From the IMG/VR virus record IMGVR_UViG_3300008114_000040, positions 1 through 64,000 of that record: a DNA stretch of 64,000 bases. One strand, given 5' to 3'. Positions within the stretch are counted from its first letter, which is position 1, and every line of letters begins with the position of its first letter. The stretch comes from a virus. This document shows, one piece after another, positions 52,801-62,278 of the stretch. A program made the position numbers and the translations under genes. The notes beneath the pieces were generated by a model. The model was not told the DNA's origin. It made no database searches and saw nothing but the letters and a program-made list of their open reading frames with translations.

Positions 52801-55800
52801 GTCTGTTTTGTAAAAACACCTAAAAACATCATTAATCACTTTTGGATAAAACCCCATTGTAATAATATCATTTGTATTTGTCGTGTTTGGTACTAAAGTT
52901 GATGATTGTAATACGATGTTACCCACCCAATTTCCTGAATAACTGGTAGTTATGTTATTTGTAATTGGATCGTAGTTTGTTGTATAGTCAAAGTCTTTCC
53001 AGATATCATCTAAAATGTCAATCCCTTCATCAATATATTTTTTATATCTGTGCCAAATTGAACCATATTTTAAAACCCAAACATATGGTAATTGATGGAT
53101 AGATGAGAATTTATTGAAGGTTGCTGCTAAATAATCCAAATCGGTGGGTTCCAAACCATTTTCGGTTTTTTTAATCTTTTCTTTTGTTGTGATAAGTGGT
53201 AATGAATTAAGATATAAATAACCTAAACTAACGTAAGGGTTTTGATTATTTGTTTTTTCTAGTTCAACACCTTTTTGTAGTGCATTAATAAAATATGGTG
53301 TATTTAATAACGACGTTGTTTGAATACTTGTTACATTCCCAGAATAAGAAGGACCATAATTTACAAATGATTCTGTAAAATACTGATCTTTTTGTGTTCT
53401 CGTTGTAAAAAAACTTTTTAATGAAAAACGAGAAGTAACAGGTAAATTAGTTGTTTGATCCGCAATATATGATTGATTGTAATTTGTGAAACCAAATTTA
53501 TTCACAAATAAATTAATATTATTTAATGTTTCAGTTTGATTAAGTCTAGCGATTGTTTTTTTATCATTTAAATATGAAAATGTTTGTGTTTTGTAAAAAT
53601 CTTGTGTACTTAAAAAACTATCACCCTTTTCTAAATTATTTTTTAACCAGTTAAGATTATTAAATGGGTAAGGATCTAGAACATATTGTTGTTCTGTACT
53701 AGTACTATTTAAATAAGTTTTAAATTTATCAATCAATTGGATGTTACCACCAACTGAGAGTGACACACCATTTAGGGTATCAATACTATAAATTTTATTG
53801 TACTCGTTAAAATAATTTTTAATATAACCCGTATTATATTCTGAGTTAGTATAATTTGTCCAGAATTCACCTGTACCTTCTGTTGATATTTTTTTCAAGT
53901 ATTCCAAATACTGATTGTATGTTGGTTTGAAATTTTTTAATATATTTGTCAAAGTATAACTTGGTGAATTAGTTAAACTATTTTTAATGTTTTCAGCATC
54001 AATATCCGCTAAGATTTTATCAATTTGACTTTCTTTATATTTTCCTCTTTCAATGTTTGAGTAGTGTGTAGCCAAATATGTTCTTTCAAAAATTTCATAC
54101 AAAAAGTTCACTTCAGTTTTATTCAAAAATGGTGTGTCGTTGAATGGAAATTCAATTGGGTTTACTGACATCAACTCAGTATTACTTTGCGGGTTGTTTG
54201 TACTTTGTGGTACAGTAGGTGGGCTTTTTTGAAGTGAAGCGTTAATGAATTCCTCAGTAAAGGCTATTTCTGGCCATATTGTATTATTGTAACCTTGTGT
54301 TACACTTAATGAATTGGCATCACCCGGATATTTAATTGTGTATAATTCAGTACCATCTTGTTGTCTTTCTTTCTCAAAATATTGTGGCCATGGATAAACC
54401 GTATTTTCGTTGTTTAACTGGAAACTCCCGTTAACCACACCCAATGAGTCAACACCTACGTTTTGTTTTTGTGGCGGTAATATTGAATTTAATCTTGTTG
54501 GGTTTTTTCTTTGGTTCCAAGCATTTGTATGTACATCTTCCATCATCCTATAAAAACCATCAAGTCCGGCAAATAAAACGGCAAATACATTTCTAATTGT
54601 TGGTTGAAACCCTAAACCACCGTCACTGTCAACTATCATTTCGGACAACGCGGTAGTTAGTGCTTGTTCTATACTGTTTCTTTTTGTAGTTAAGTCTGAG
54701 TTCATTTTTTGAACTAAGTCTAAAAACGAATCGGTTTTAAAACTGTTAACAACATTTGGTATTTCACCAAAAGTGTAATATATAGGTAGTGTTTGTTCTA
54801 TTTCTTTTTTTGAATTAATGATTGTTTGTGTCGTAACATTAAAACTCTTAAATTCCAAAATAAATTTTTGAAGTTCCTCATCACTTGGGGTTCTACCAAA
54901 ATTTATTTCGTATGTTGTTTTAAAATCATCATTTGAAATTACGTTATAGTCAATTTCTTTTAACAAATCATCAAATTTAACTTTTACGTCAATTTTACCA
55001 GACTGTGTGTTTTGTTTGTTTTTAGAATTTTCATTTTTTGTGGAACTTGGTAATATGTACGTACCACTTTCACCAAAACTTGGGTTTTGTTTTAATTTTT
55101 GTACTAATTCATCAAATTTACTTTTAGTCCTATTTCTAGCTTCTTCTTTTTTTGTATCTTCCAAATCATTTGAATATGGGTAATAAATTACACCGTCATA
55201 CACTAACCTTCTTCCCGTGTCCAAAAAATCATTTATTGAATTTACATAAATTGATTGTCTCAAGTCATTCAAAGTTGTTTGATACGTATTAATATCATTT
55301 ATTACGTTAAAATCACCCTGTTTGATTTTATCTTGAATGGATTGTTCGTACTTATTTACCCTATAAATAAACTCCTCCATTGTAATTTCAGGAAAGGTTT
55401 TATCTATTAATTTTTTTTCTTTATATACCGAATAAACTTCTCTTAATTTTTGAAGTCCAACAGTATCATTTTCAATTGATAGTTGTGTTTTATTATTACC
55501 AGTCTGTGTTGAAGATGATGTATTACCTTGTTTTTGGACTTGAGTTGTAAACATTTTTGGGGAATGTTTAGCGAATGATAAAATACTATCGGCAAGTATC
55601 GCACTATTTCTACCCATTAATTTTAATGTAATATCAAAATTACCGGTTCCTGGGTCAAACTTAGCATTAAATGAAAGAAGTGTTAATTGATATCTTATAG
55701 CTTTACCGTAATAACCTTTTAGTGTTAAATAAAACGTTGGGTATGGTAAGTTAAAAAAAACTGAATAAATTGAGTTGTCACCTTGTTCAAACAAAGCACG

Positions 55801-56343
55801 ACCTCTAACGTCAGTCAATAACATATCAACTGTTGGTACACCAATTGATGAAATTTTTACTGTAATATTTTTAATCCCTAGGTTTTGGGTATCTTCATAA
55901 TTTAAAACTTTAGTTTTCGTTTTACTAATACCATTTTCAACTACTGAATATTGTTGATTTTGATTGGTTCCTTGTCCTTGTCTTGAACCTCTCCCTGTAA
56001 AATCATCGGACCAACTGGTATCAAAATAATTTTTTCCTTTTGGTTTTAAAAAATTAATATTCAAATCCTCATCGTTTGATGATAGAGAGGCGATTGAAGT
56101 ATTATTAACCGGTGTATCAAAACTATCACCTACTGCTAATTTAGTTCTTGGGATTATTTTGGTTTCAAGGTTTGCATACATAACAAGATTTTCTTGCTGG
56201 ACAAACCTATCTTCAATAGTACCACCACCATTTACTACTTTATTTGGGTCAATTAGTATAATATTTTCATAGTCCGCTTCAACATACAAACGGTTCTCTA
56301 AATTATATATCTGTCTAAATTTTGTTGGATCATTAACGGCCAT
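49801..56343 (-). CDS. Very large baseplate hub protein (P2 gpD / T4 gp27-like, with long insertions)
   Basis: N-region GIKNITVK...PTVDMLLTD and C-region YTCTIDCMGDAMIQPTMYF...GPYWIMEVNHSISPGKFDTQFKGVR resemble hub motifs. Follows the LysM/gpX-like gene. Confidence 0.6.
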   Translation of the reverse strand: MAVNDPTKFRQIYNLENRLYVEADYENIILIDPNKVVNGGGTIEDRFVQQENLVMYANLETKIIPRTKLAVGDSFDTPVNNTSIASLSSNDEDLNINFLKPKGKNYFDTSWSDDFTGRGSRQGQGTNQNQQYSVVENGISKTKTKVLNYEDTQNLGIKNITVKISSIGVPTVDMLLTDVRGRALFEQGDNSIYSVFFNLPYPTFYLTLKGYYGKAIRYQLTLLSFNAKFDPGTGNFDITLKLMGRNSAILADSILSFAKHSPKMFTTQVQKQGNTSSSTQTGNNKTQLSIENDTVGLQKLREVYSVYKEKKLIDKTFPEITMEEFIYRVNKYEQSIQDKIKQGDFNVINDINTYQTTLNDLRQSIYVNSINDFLDTGRRLVYDGVIYYPYSNDLEDTKKEEARNRTKSKFDELVQKLKQNPSFGESGTYILPSSTKNENSKNKQNTQSGKIDVKVKFDDLLKEIDYNVISNDDFKTTYEINFGRTPSDEELQKFILEFKSFNVTTQTIINSKKEIEQTLPIYYTFGEIPNVVNSFKTDSFLDLVQKMNSDLTTKRNSIEQALTTALSEMIVDSDGGLGFQPTIRNVFAVLFAGLDGFYRMMEDVHTNAWNQRKNPTRLNSILPPQKQNVGVDSLGVVNGSFQLNNENTVYPWPQYFEKERQQDGTELYTIKYPGDANSLSVTQGYNNTIWPEIAFTEEFINASLQKSPPTVPQSTNNPQSNTELMSVNPIEFPFNDTPFLNKTEVNFLYEIFERTYLATHYSNIERGKYKESQIDKILADIDAENIKNSLTNSPSYTLTNILKNFKPTYNQYLEYLKKISTEGTGEFWTNYTNSEYNTGYIKNYFNEYNKIYSIDTLNGVSLSVGGNIQLIDKFKTYLNSTSTEQQYVLDPYPFNNLNWLKNNLEKGDSFLSTQDFYKTQTFSYLNDKKTIARLNQTETLNNINLFVNKFGFTNYNQSYIADQTTNLPVTSRFSLKSFFTTRTQKDQYFTESFVNYGPSYSGNVTSIQTTSLLNTPYFINALQKGVELEKTNNQNPYVSLGYLYLNSLPLITTKEKIKKTENGLEPTDLDYLAATFNKFSSIHQLPYVWVLKYGSIWHRYKKYIDEGIDILDDIWKDFDYTTNYDPITNNITTSYSGNWVGNIVLQSSTLVPNTTNTNDIITMGFYPKVINDVFRCFYKTDLDILQNPSVTNFQNESVENGLVVSNSYTRTFLPGFDLTDPIRQLTIKNYYQFFKTPNGDTDNYLLVPSMGGLNINQAEYECFNDLDKITKEVFNNNALYNGSVRSLWGVSNFGYFDNSLIKKPNYNEYLKTIYTDNTPQTPFELKDSQSTYSKIDEIFAVFEPKILDEFEKLFLNFCNPKDVISDMVLFGEQTQATTDTPGKVKNVGQKKLLYQIESLYLLPKNSVTLTNQEILDGKLLAEAQTKNFMAKVVELLNFDCVLKMGNPGNFNRKTFNYFSSNPNFKPISFSPLPKYISGTLPGDGVLTGPNALLLSQAANGLEWKTLKKYIGDFDQTGIKYTNNGSAITSFFIDNDIEFSVSSIETLYPLIRLYAKEKLKDSTFNKIKFIQLINSFVVEQNTFNSYVLNEIISFLNKNLEEVKVKTNVVNSTTSGNVVKLEYYTTLKTMNDKWIAGSDFKNKTIFEDFLFFDRANRDIGDQFTISVSDLESFLTDPNKNYLDLVSKILEKNNFIFFAMPAYVNFYGIQEAVRQNTPIPVEIPNSMFGTYLDVDYMDSRPKFLCVYVGKPSEHVASEAKFVKFRDDAFDLRKYDNPISTSYGPETDFSKVNRVVGFSVDYGTQNQSIFKSVQLDMSEKKNTAESNKLITQLGESASGNKVAQQTVSLYSIYKTRSYTCTIDCMGDAMIQPTMYFNLRHVPLFYGPYWIMEVNHSISPGKFDTQFKGVRMPLYTLPKPNSLLEAVEKNYVKYYKDLIIQTLKTSETPVVTNLSETISPKTPGAIKGSEPECQKFELEKYNTLPYVDLKTTQITENELFELVSNSSIDAVLKPLYYGIVKTQPLNSIDKNVITSFNYNLYGSGAFNDYTDSILQLVTGKVCATTTIITTPYPYFNFNSYQDSLDFYAGVTQQYVDYINTWVNNSTELTQAKKYAQAYTVFTLFWDQTWYIKDGGGTGFYTTLPKQYIEFKQRYDEKIKPQNKNIYDAYLSYMKKYETAFKKFFN

Positions 56344-56650
56344 AATAAAAAATATGATTATCTAGTGCACTTTTGTAGTCTTTCAATGCCGTTATTAAAG
56401 GGAATGGTATAATTAAAATGGATCCATCAGGTATTTCAGATTCCAATCCACCATAAATCGGGTTAGCGATTTGTATTAACCAACCGAAATAAGGTGTGTT
56501 ATATTTCTCAAAACTTATTTTATCCAATCGTGATTTGTTTTTAATGTATACATATCTCTGATCTGTAGTCCTACTACCAATACTTACGTATGGAACGACC
56601 GTTTGTTGACCATTTATTAAAAAGTTTTGATATCTATCGTAGTATTGCAT
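56333..56650 (-). CDS. LysM-like baseplate protein (P2 gpX / T4 gp53-like)
   Basis: RLDKISFEKYNTPYFGWLIQIANP...IPDGSILIIP. Confidence 0.75.
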   Translation of the reverse strand: MQYYDRYQNFLINGQQTVVPYVSIGSRTTDQRYVYIKNKSRLDKISFEKYNTPYFGWLIQIANPIYGGLESEIPDGSILIIPFPLITALKDYKSALDNHIFYYGR

Positions 56651-59600
56651 TACTTAAATGTTTTTTTAAGATTAAATTTATCGTCGGTACTATTTACGGA
56701 TGAGTTTAAATTTTTAAGATTTTGTTCACTTGTAGGGGTAATTGGTACTTGTGTTGCAAAATCTAAAATTCTTTTTTTATCTTTGTTATAAGGGTTGTAG
56801 TTTGTAAATTTATTATTATAATATTCATCAAAAAACTTTTTGAATCTTTTATCAACTTCATCTTTTTGTTTTTTAAATTGTGAGTATATTTGTTGGTCTG
56901 ACGTTTGTGTGTTTGTATTTAAATCGTATCCCAAGTTTGACGCTATAAAACTTTTCCATGGTTGTTTATCTTCCGTATTAAGTGTTGACACTATTGTATC
57001 AATAAATTTACCGATATCTGTAATAACGTCAATACCAAAAACCATATTAAATCTTTTTTCGTAAACGCTATCACCAATCAACAAGTCAAAAGAAAAATTA
57101 TTTTTCCATGTAGTAGATTCAGAAGTTGTAATAATCTGGTACTCTTCAAGTTTTGTTATAAATTGATTCATATCATCGGCGATTTTTAAATAATCACCTT
57201 GAAGTTCTATTAGTGTATTTGGGTATGATGTGTCGGATACGTCAACCTGCGTCGTTCCGGATGTGTTATATATAATTGGATTACCTTTTTTATTTATAAA
57301 ACCATCGGTTGCATTTGTTACAAAATTTAGTTTGTCGGTTATACTAACTAAATTTAGTTCTTCTTGGGTTATTGAATTATTGTTGTTATCAATATCTGAA
57401 AGGTATAATGTCTTTTTTTCATCAACCATTTTTTTAAGTTGTTTTTTAACTTTTGTTTTTTGTTGATTTGTAAAATTTTGTGAGTTTAACCCACCCAATA
57501 CTGGTATTTGACCTGAGTCAATATCGTCTTTAATTTTAGAAAATAACAAATCTATTTTATCTTGATAATTGTTACTTTTACCATAAATTTTAACATCGTT
57601 AGTATAATATTTACCATTTTGGTACTTTCTATCCGTATTAATTACATACAACCCACCAAGTAAGTGTTTTTCATTCGTTTGTTTTAGAGTGTCATACACT
57701 TTTGAAGTGTATGTTTTTGTTAATTGAATAAAATCTTTCATTTTGGATTCATAAGAAATAGTACCTGTTTGAGTACCGTCTGATAATTCTTGTGATGTTT
57801 TTATATCCCCAATCGTATTACCAATTTCATTTGTTGGTTTTATTTGTGGGTTTGTTGGTGTATTTAATTTTGCCGCCTCAAAAAACTCACTATCATATTT
57901 TTCATTTAATGGTTCAGTAACATCTGCTCGTTCGTCATACATTTCAGTGTTTGCGTAATAATTAAATGATAAAGCGTTTTGTAGTTTTGAGATAGGTCCG
58001 GCTAAACCACTACCACCTATAAATTTAAATGAAAGTGTAATACTGGCAATCATTGGTTGGACACCAATACCTTCTGGATTTAAGTCATAAAGTCCGTCTT
58101 TATCAAATTTAATTGACAAGCTATCTGGAACAATTTTAGTATGGTAAAAATCACCAATCCTTAACACTAATACTGGTGGGGACCCAAACACACTGTTGAA
58201 AGCATCTTGATAATCTAAAGTCAAGCTACCTGATCCGGTTTGTTTTACAGTAGGTATGGTGTCACCCGGTCTAACGCATTGTTGTAAGAATGTAAGTCTA
58301 GCGTTTAAACCTTCTGGGGTTATTGAGTGGAATGCAGGTTGAAAATGTTTGAATCTTTTTTTAATTCCGTCATATATTACCGGACTATTTTCTTGTAACA
58401 TTTGGAAATAGTTACATTCACTTAAAAGATTTCTTATTAATTTTTTGGTCATTCCAGCATAAAGTGGTGTGTCCTTAATTGTTGTTTCACTAAAATTGTT
58501 TGATTGTGGTGTGTTAGTTTCTGTGTTATCCACATCCGCAGCCAATATGTTTGGTATTTCACCTTCAGGTTTTTCTGGTTGTTCTTCTTTAGGTTTTTCC
58601 ACTTGACTGACTTGTACGTCCGAAATTTTTACCCTTCTACAAGCCATCGCCTGAATTGAATAAGTACCTTCTTCGTCTGGTCTTTCAAATTTTAAAGAAC
58701 AATCAATTTCTTTTAATTTTTCGTCTTTTAGGTTTGTTGACGTGTCACCTTTTGGTTCTTCTTTAATTGTTAAGGTTTTTTTATAATAATCTTCTAGTTT
58801 TTTACCATTAAATGTTTTGGCTAAAATGTATTTTTTAACCGACTCAATTCTTCTTTTAGAAAGTGACGAATTTGATGCGGGATTGTTAGTTGAGCTTGCG
58901 GAACCTAGTAAACTAAATGTTACCTTTCCGCCGGAATCTAATACTTTTCCAATTTTACTTATAAAATCATCAAGTACTGTTAGTGATTTTTCAACACTAT
59001 TTTCAAAAAAATCAGTCAATGAACCATCTCTTGTGTCTATATATTCCTTTAAAGAAAAATCAGGTTCAGTGTTTGGTAAGGTTTGTGGGGTTATAGGTTT
59101 TAATCCAGGGTTTAAATTAGTTTTTGTATAAGCAAAAATTTTATCTTTACCATTTGACTGGTAATTTGTTTTGTTGTTTTTATATTCATTAAACCAATAA
59201 GCAAAATCATTGTCCGTATCTTTTTTAGGTAAGTCGTTTTCAAAGAACATAAAATATTCTTTATTTTTATCATTTAACTCATCTATTGTACTTTGTGTAG
59301 TATCCTCACTTGTTGTTTGACTCGGCGGTGTTTGTTTTAAAACTTTTTGTACGTCCTCTTTTGTTTTAACAAAATTAATAGCATCTTGAATGTCATTAGG
59401 TGAAAATTGAACAAACTTTTTGGACAAGTCATATAAATCATATTTTAAACAACCGGCAAAAAATGAATCCATAATTTTGGTAACTTCGGATTCTGGTGTT
59501 ACACTTTTTAACTCTTGATCAATTAATAAATTTGATATGGATGGATGATCCACCAATATTGTCCAACTTATACTACCAGAACGTGATGTATTTTTATAAG

Positions 59601-60726
59601 TGTAAATTGGTTCTGGTCTACCGATAAAATTTACAGTTTCAAAATCCGGTTTGGACTCATCGGAGAACGTTAAGTCATAAGGTGGAAACCACATTATCCT
59701 TCCCCCATTTGGTCCCTTCTCACATGCCGGTAAATCATCAACAGTAAAACCAGGTTTGTTTGATGTTCTCCATGCCAAATTCTCAAGTGAGAACATATAT
59801 TTTTTAACACGACCATCAACAATATTTGTTGATTGACCGTTTTTATCATTCATCGGTGCAATGTTCAAATTGTAAGTGTTATCCAAAACAGAATAACCAA
59901 ACTTCCTAATGTTGCCATCGGTTTTTTGTAACTGACCATACGTGTAGAATGGTGTGTCCTTTGTGAATAATCTACAGTATTCAAGTCCTTCAAATTCTTT
60001 ACCGCTAGTATCAATTGAATTTTTTGTTACATATTTAATAACTCGTGAACCTTTTGTGATTTCCATATAACCATCATTAAACACTTTTGCAACTTGATTA
60101 ATTGCGTTTCCAACATGTTCCAATTTTCTAACACCGTCTCTTGATCCGGCATCAACAATTTTTTGGGTTATATCAAGTAAAGAACCTTCTTTAAAATCAT
60201 AATTTGTTGATTCGGAATCCGTAAATTGTTTTTTAATTTCAGATGAAAAAACAGATGAAGAATCAAATTCTTGCCTACCTTGTCTTCCAGCTTTTCTTCC
60301 TGGAATAAAGAAACTTTTTTGTGTTGACCAACTAAAATTACTTGTAATTGCAACGTTGCCATCGTAAAAGTTTCTCGTATTTAATCCGAAAAATATTTTA
60401 GATATTGTGTCACCTTCATATTCTTTTGCAACATCAGAATACCCATAAACGGCCGAATCTAATGTTTTACCATTTTTATATTCCGGTAAATCTGTTACTG
60501 GTGAGATTATATCGGTAATTGAATTTTTTCTGGTACCGACATAAAAATTAGGTTTAGGTGAAAATAAATTTGGGTTTGTTAATGAATTTAATCTATAATC
60601 TGGTCTAAACTCATTATAAAATAACTGACCCCACAATAAGTCTCTTGTTGCTGGTGAAGTAAAAGCTAAAAACAAATCAGAACCGCGTCTGATATTTTTT
60701 GATGTTATACTTCTAATCGCACCCAT
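56650..60726 (-). CDS. Tail tube initiator-like protein with inserted OmpA-like domain
   Basis: FPPYDLTFSD...FIGRPEPIYTYKNTSRSGSISW and PPVLVLRIGD...V.DSLSI...QPMIASITLSFKFIG (tube-initiator-type motifs). OmpA-like elements FFENDLP, GSASS..N..LSKRRIESVKKYI and CRRVKI. Confidence 0.6.
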   Translation of the reverse strand: MGAIRSITSKNIRRGSDLFLAFTSPATRDLLWGQLFYNEFRPDYRLNSLTNPNLFSPKPNFYVGTRKNSITDIISPVTDLPEYKNGKTLDSAVYGYSDVAKEYEGDTISKIFFGLNTRNFYDGNVAITSNFSWSTQKSFFIPGRKAGRQGRQEFDSSSVFSSEIKKQFTDSESTNYDFKEGSLLDITQKIVDAGSRDGVRKLEHVGNAINQVAKVFNDGYMEITKGSRVIKYVTKNSIDTSGKEFEGLEYCRLFTKDTPFYTYGQLQKTDGNIRKFGYSVLDNTYNLNIAPMNDKNGQSTNIVDGRVKKYMFSLENLAWRTSNKPGFTVDDLPACEKGPNGGRIMWFPPYDLTFSDESKPDFETVNFIGRPEPIYTYKNTSRSGSISWTILVDHPSISNLLIDQELKSVTPESEVTKIMDSFFAGCLKYDLYDLSKKFVQFSPNDIQDAINFVKTKEDVQKVLKQTPPSQTTSEDTTQSTIDELNDKNKEYFMFFENDLPKKDTDNDFAYWFNEYKNNKTNYQSNGKDKIFAYTKTNLNPGLKPITPQTLPNTEPDFSLKEYIDTRDGSLTDFFENSVEKSLTVLDDFISKIGKVLDSGGKVTFSLLGSASSTNNPASNSSLSKRRIESVKKYILAKTFNGKKLEDYYKKTLTIKEEPKGDTSTNLKDEKLKEIDCSLKFERPDEEGTYSIQAMACRRVKISDVQVSQVEKPKEEQPEKPEGEIPNILAADVDNTETNTPQSNNFSETTIKDTPLYAGMTKKLIRNLLSECNYFQMLQENSPVIYDGIKKRFKHFQPAFHSITPEGLNARLTFLQQCVRPGDTIPTVKQTGSGSLTLDYQDAFNSVFGSPPVLVLRIGDFYHTKIVPDSLSIKFDKDGLYDLNPEGIGVQPMIASITLSFKFIGGSGLAGPISKLQNALSFNYYANTEMYDERADVTEPLNEKYDSEFFEAAKLNTPTNPQIKPTNEIGNTIGDIKTSQELSDGTQTGTISYESKMKDFIQLTKTYTSKVYDTLKQTNEKHLLGGLYVINTDRKYQNGKYYTNDVKIYGKSNNYQDKIDLLFSKIKDDIDSGQIPVLGGLNSQNFTNQQKTKVKKQLKKMVDEKKTLYLSDIDNNNNSITQEELNLVSITDKLNFVTNATDGFINKKGNPIIYNTSGTTQVDVSDTSYPNTLIELQGDYLKIADDMNQFITKLEEYQIITTSESTTWKNNFSFDLLIGDSVYEKRFNMVFGIDVITDIGKFIDTIVSTLNTEDKQPWKSFIASNLGYDLNTNTQTSDQQIYSQFKKQKDEVDKRFKKFFDEYYNNKFTNYNPYNKDKKRILDFATQVPITPTSEQNLKNLNSSVNSTDDKFNLKKTFK

Positions 60727-60737
60727 AACCGTATTTG

Positions 60738-62240
60738 TTACGAATAAAGTCCGGCAAGTTTACCGGCAAACCCTATTGCTTTACCAATAGCGGTATCTGG
60801 TGATGTTACTTTATAGTTTCTAATTAAAAGTGGAACATTACCACTAATAATACCCGCAGCATTAAATGGGTCTGATTTTGGTTTAACTGATATTTCACCA
60901 CTATCCGGATCTATACTTGATTCAAGGTTATTTACTCTACCTATTGTTTCGGATAGTAACTCAGAGGCAACCCTAAATTTAAATTCTTTTTGTAATTGTT
61001 TTGCACCGATATTCGCTAATGCCGAATCCTGTGATAAGGAACCGTTTGAACCAGACGGGTCGCTACTTGTTAATATACTTAATGGACTATACTCTGATGG
61101 TACAAAAACAAAAGATTGTGCTGAATTATAATACCTTTGACTAGTTGTTTGTATTTGTACATCGTCAATGGTTAATACTTTATATGAACCATCACCTGGT
61201 ACATATCTATTCACCACATATGCGTCGTGTTGTTCAATTAATCCATCTTTTTCTAATTGACTTCCAATTGTGTCACTAAAATTGTACTCACCTTCGTTTG
61301 AACCCATAACCCTGTCGTTATTAATATTCCATCTTGTTGGACCATAATCATTGTTGTTGTCTGGTGTATATTTGTTTTTAATCCTTAAATTGATTTCTTG
61401 TTGGGTTCCGAATTGTTCCAATAAATTGTTTTGTGTATCCGTAATTGAATAAAGTCCCTCACCTATCGTATTAATAACTAAATCATTATTAATCCAATAA
61501 ACGGTTGAACCGAAATCATCACCGGGATTTTTATAAACATTTTTAATTTTGTTTAATATTTCATACTGATTTCCAAGTAGTTCCAATCTAGAACCAATAG
61601 TGTCAGTAATTGTATATTCGCCATTACCATTTGTAACAATATTAAGGTCATCATTAATTGACCACTTGGTTGACCCAAAATCATTAGTTTGTGGTTTGTA
61701 TACATTTTTAACAATTAAATCAATTTCTTTTTGGTTTCCTATTTGTTCTAATTTTGAATTGATAGAATTTGGATAACCGTAAAGTCCAAGGTTAGTATTA
61801 ACTTGATATAATTTATTTATATTTACAGTATCACCATAAGATGTTCCAAACTGGGTAGGTCCATACAAATTTTTGATGTATAATAAACTTTCTTGTATGT
61901 TTCCATTTAGTTCAAGTTTGGATCCAAATGAATCAGAATAATCGTATTCACCAAAGTTTGTTTGAGTGTTTAAATTTAAATTTATGTTTACGGTATTACC
62001 ATATGATGTTTTATCTTGTGGTCCGTATTTGTTAAGTGGATATAGTGAACTCTCTTGAATTTCTCCGATTACTTCAACACTAGGACTATCAATAACTGAA
62101 TAATCAACAATTTGATATTGATTTGGCGCAACAATATCATTTGATGTGAAACCATTTTCAACCTTGTAAGGTTTTAAATTTCTAACAAGTAGTTTCTTTC
62201 TAAAATTTTCTGTTGAGTCAAATGATAAAGGACTTTCCAT
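60738..62240 (-). CDS. Repeat-containing tail protein (possibly the N-terminal part of the downstream gene)
   Basis: Six ~55-aa repeats; lies between the tape measure and the tube-initiator-like gene. Confidence 0.6.
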   Translation of the reverse strand: MESPLSFDSTENFRKKLLVRNLKPYKVENGFTSNDIVAPNQYQIVDYSVIDSPSVEVIGEIQESSLYPLNKYGPQDKTSYGNTVNINLNLNTQTNFGEYDYSDSFGSKLELNGNIQESLLYIKNLYGPTQFGTSYGDTVNINKLYQVNTNLGLYGYPNSINSKLEQIGNQKEIDLIVKNVYKPQTNDFGSTKWSINDDLNIVTNGNGEYTITDTIGSRLELLGNQYEILNKIKNVYKNPGDDFGSTVYWINNDLVINTIGEGLYSITDTQNNLLEQFGTQQEINLRIKNKYTPDNNNDYGPTRWNINNDRVMGSNEGEYNFSDTIGSQLEKDGLIEQHDAYVVNRYVPGDGSYKVLTIDDVQIQTTSQRYYNSAQSFVFVPSEYSPLSILTSSDPSGSNGSLSQDSALANIGAKQLQKEFKFRVASELLSETIGRVNNLESSIDPDSGEISVKPKSDPFNAAGIISGNVPLLIRNYKVTSPDTAIGKAIGFAGKLAGLYS

Positions 62241-62278
62241 TTATTTCTTTTATTAATAAATAGACAATTTCGTATTTT

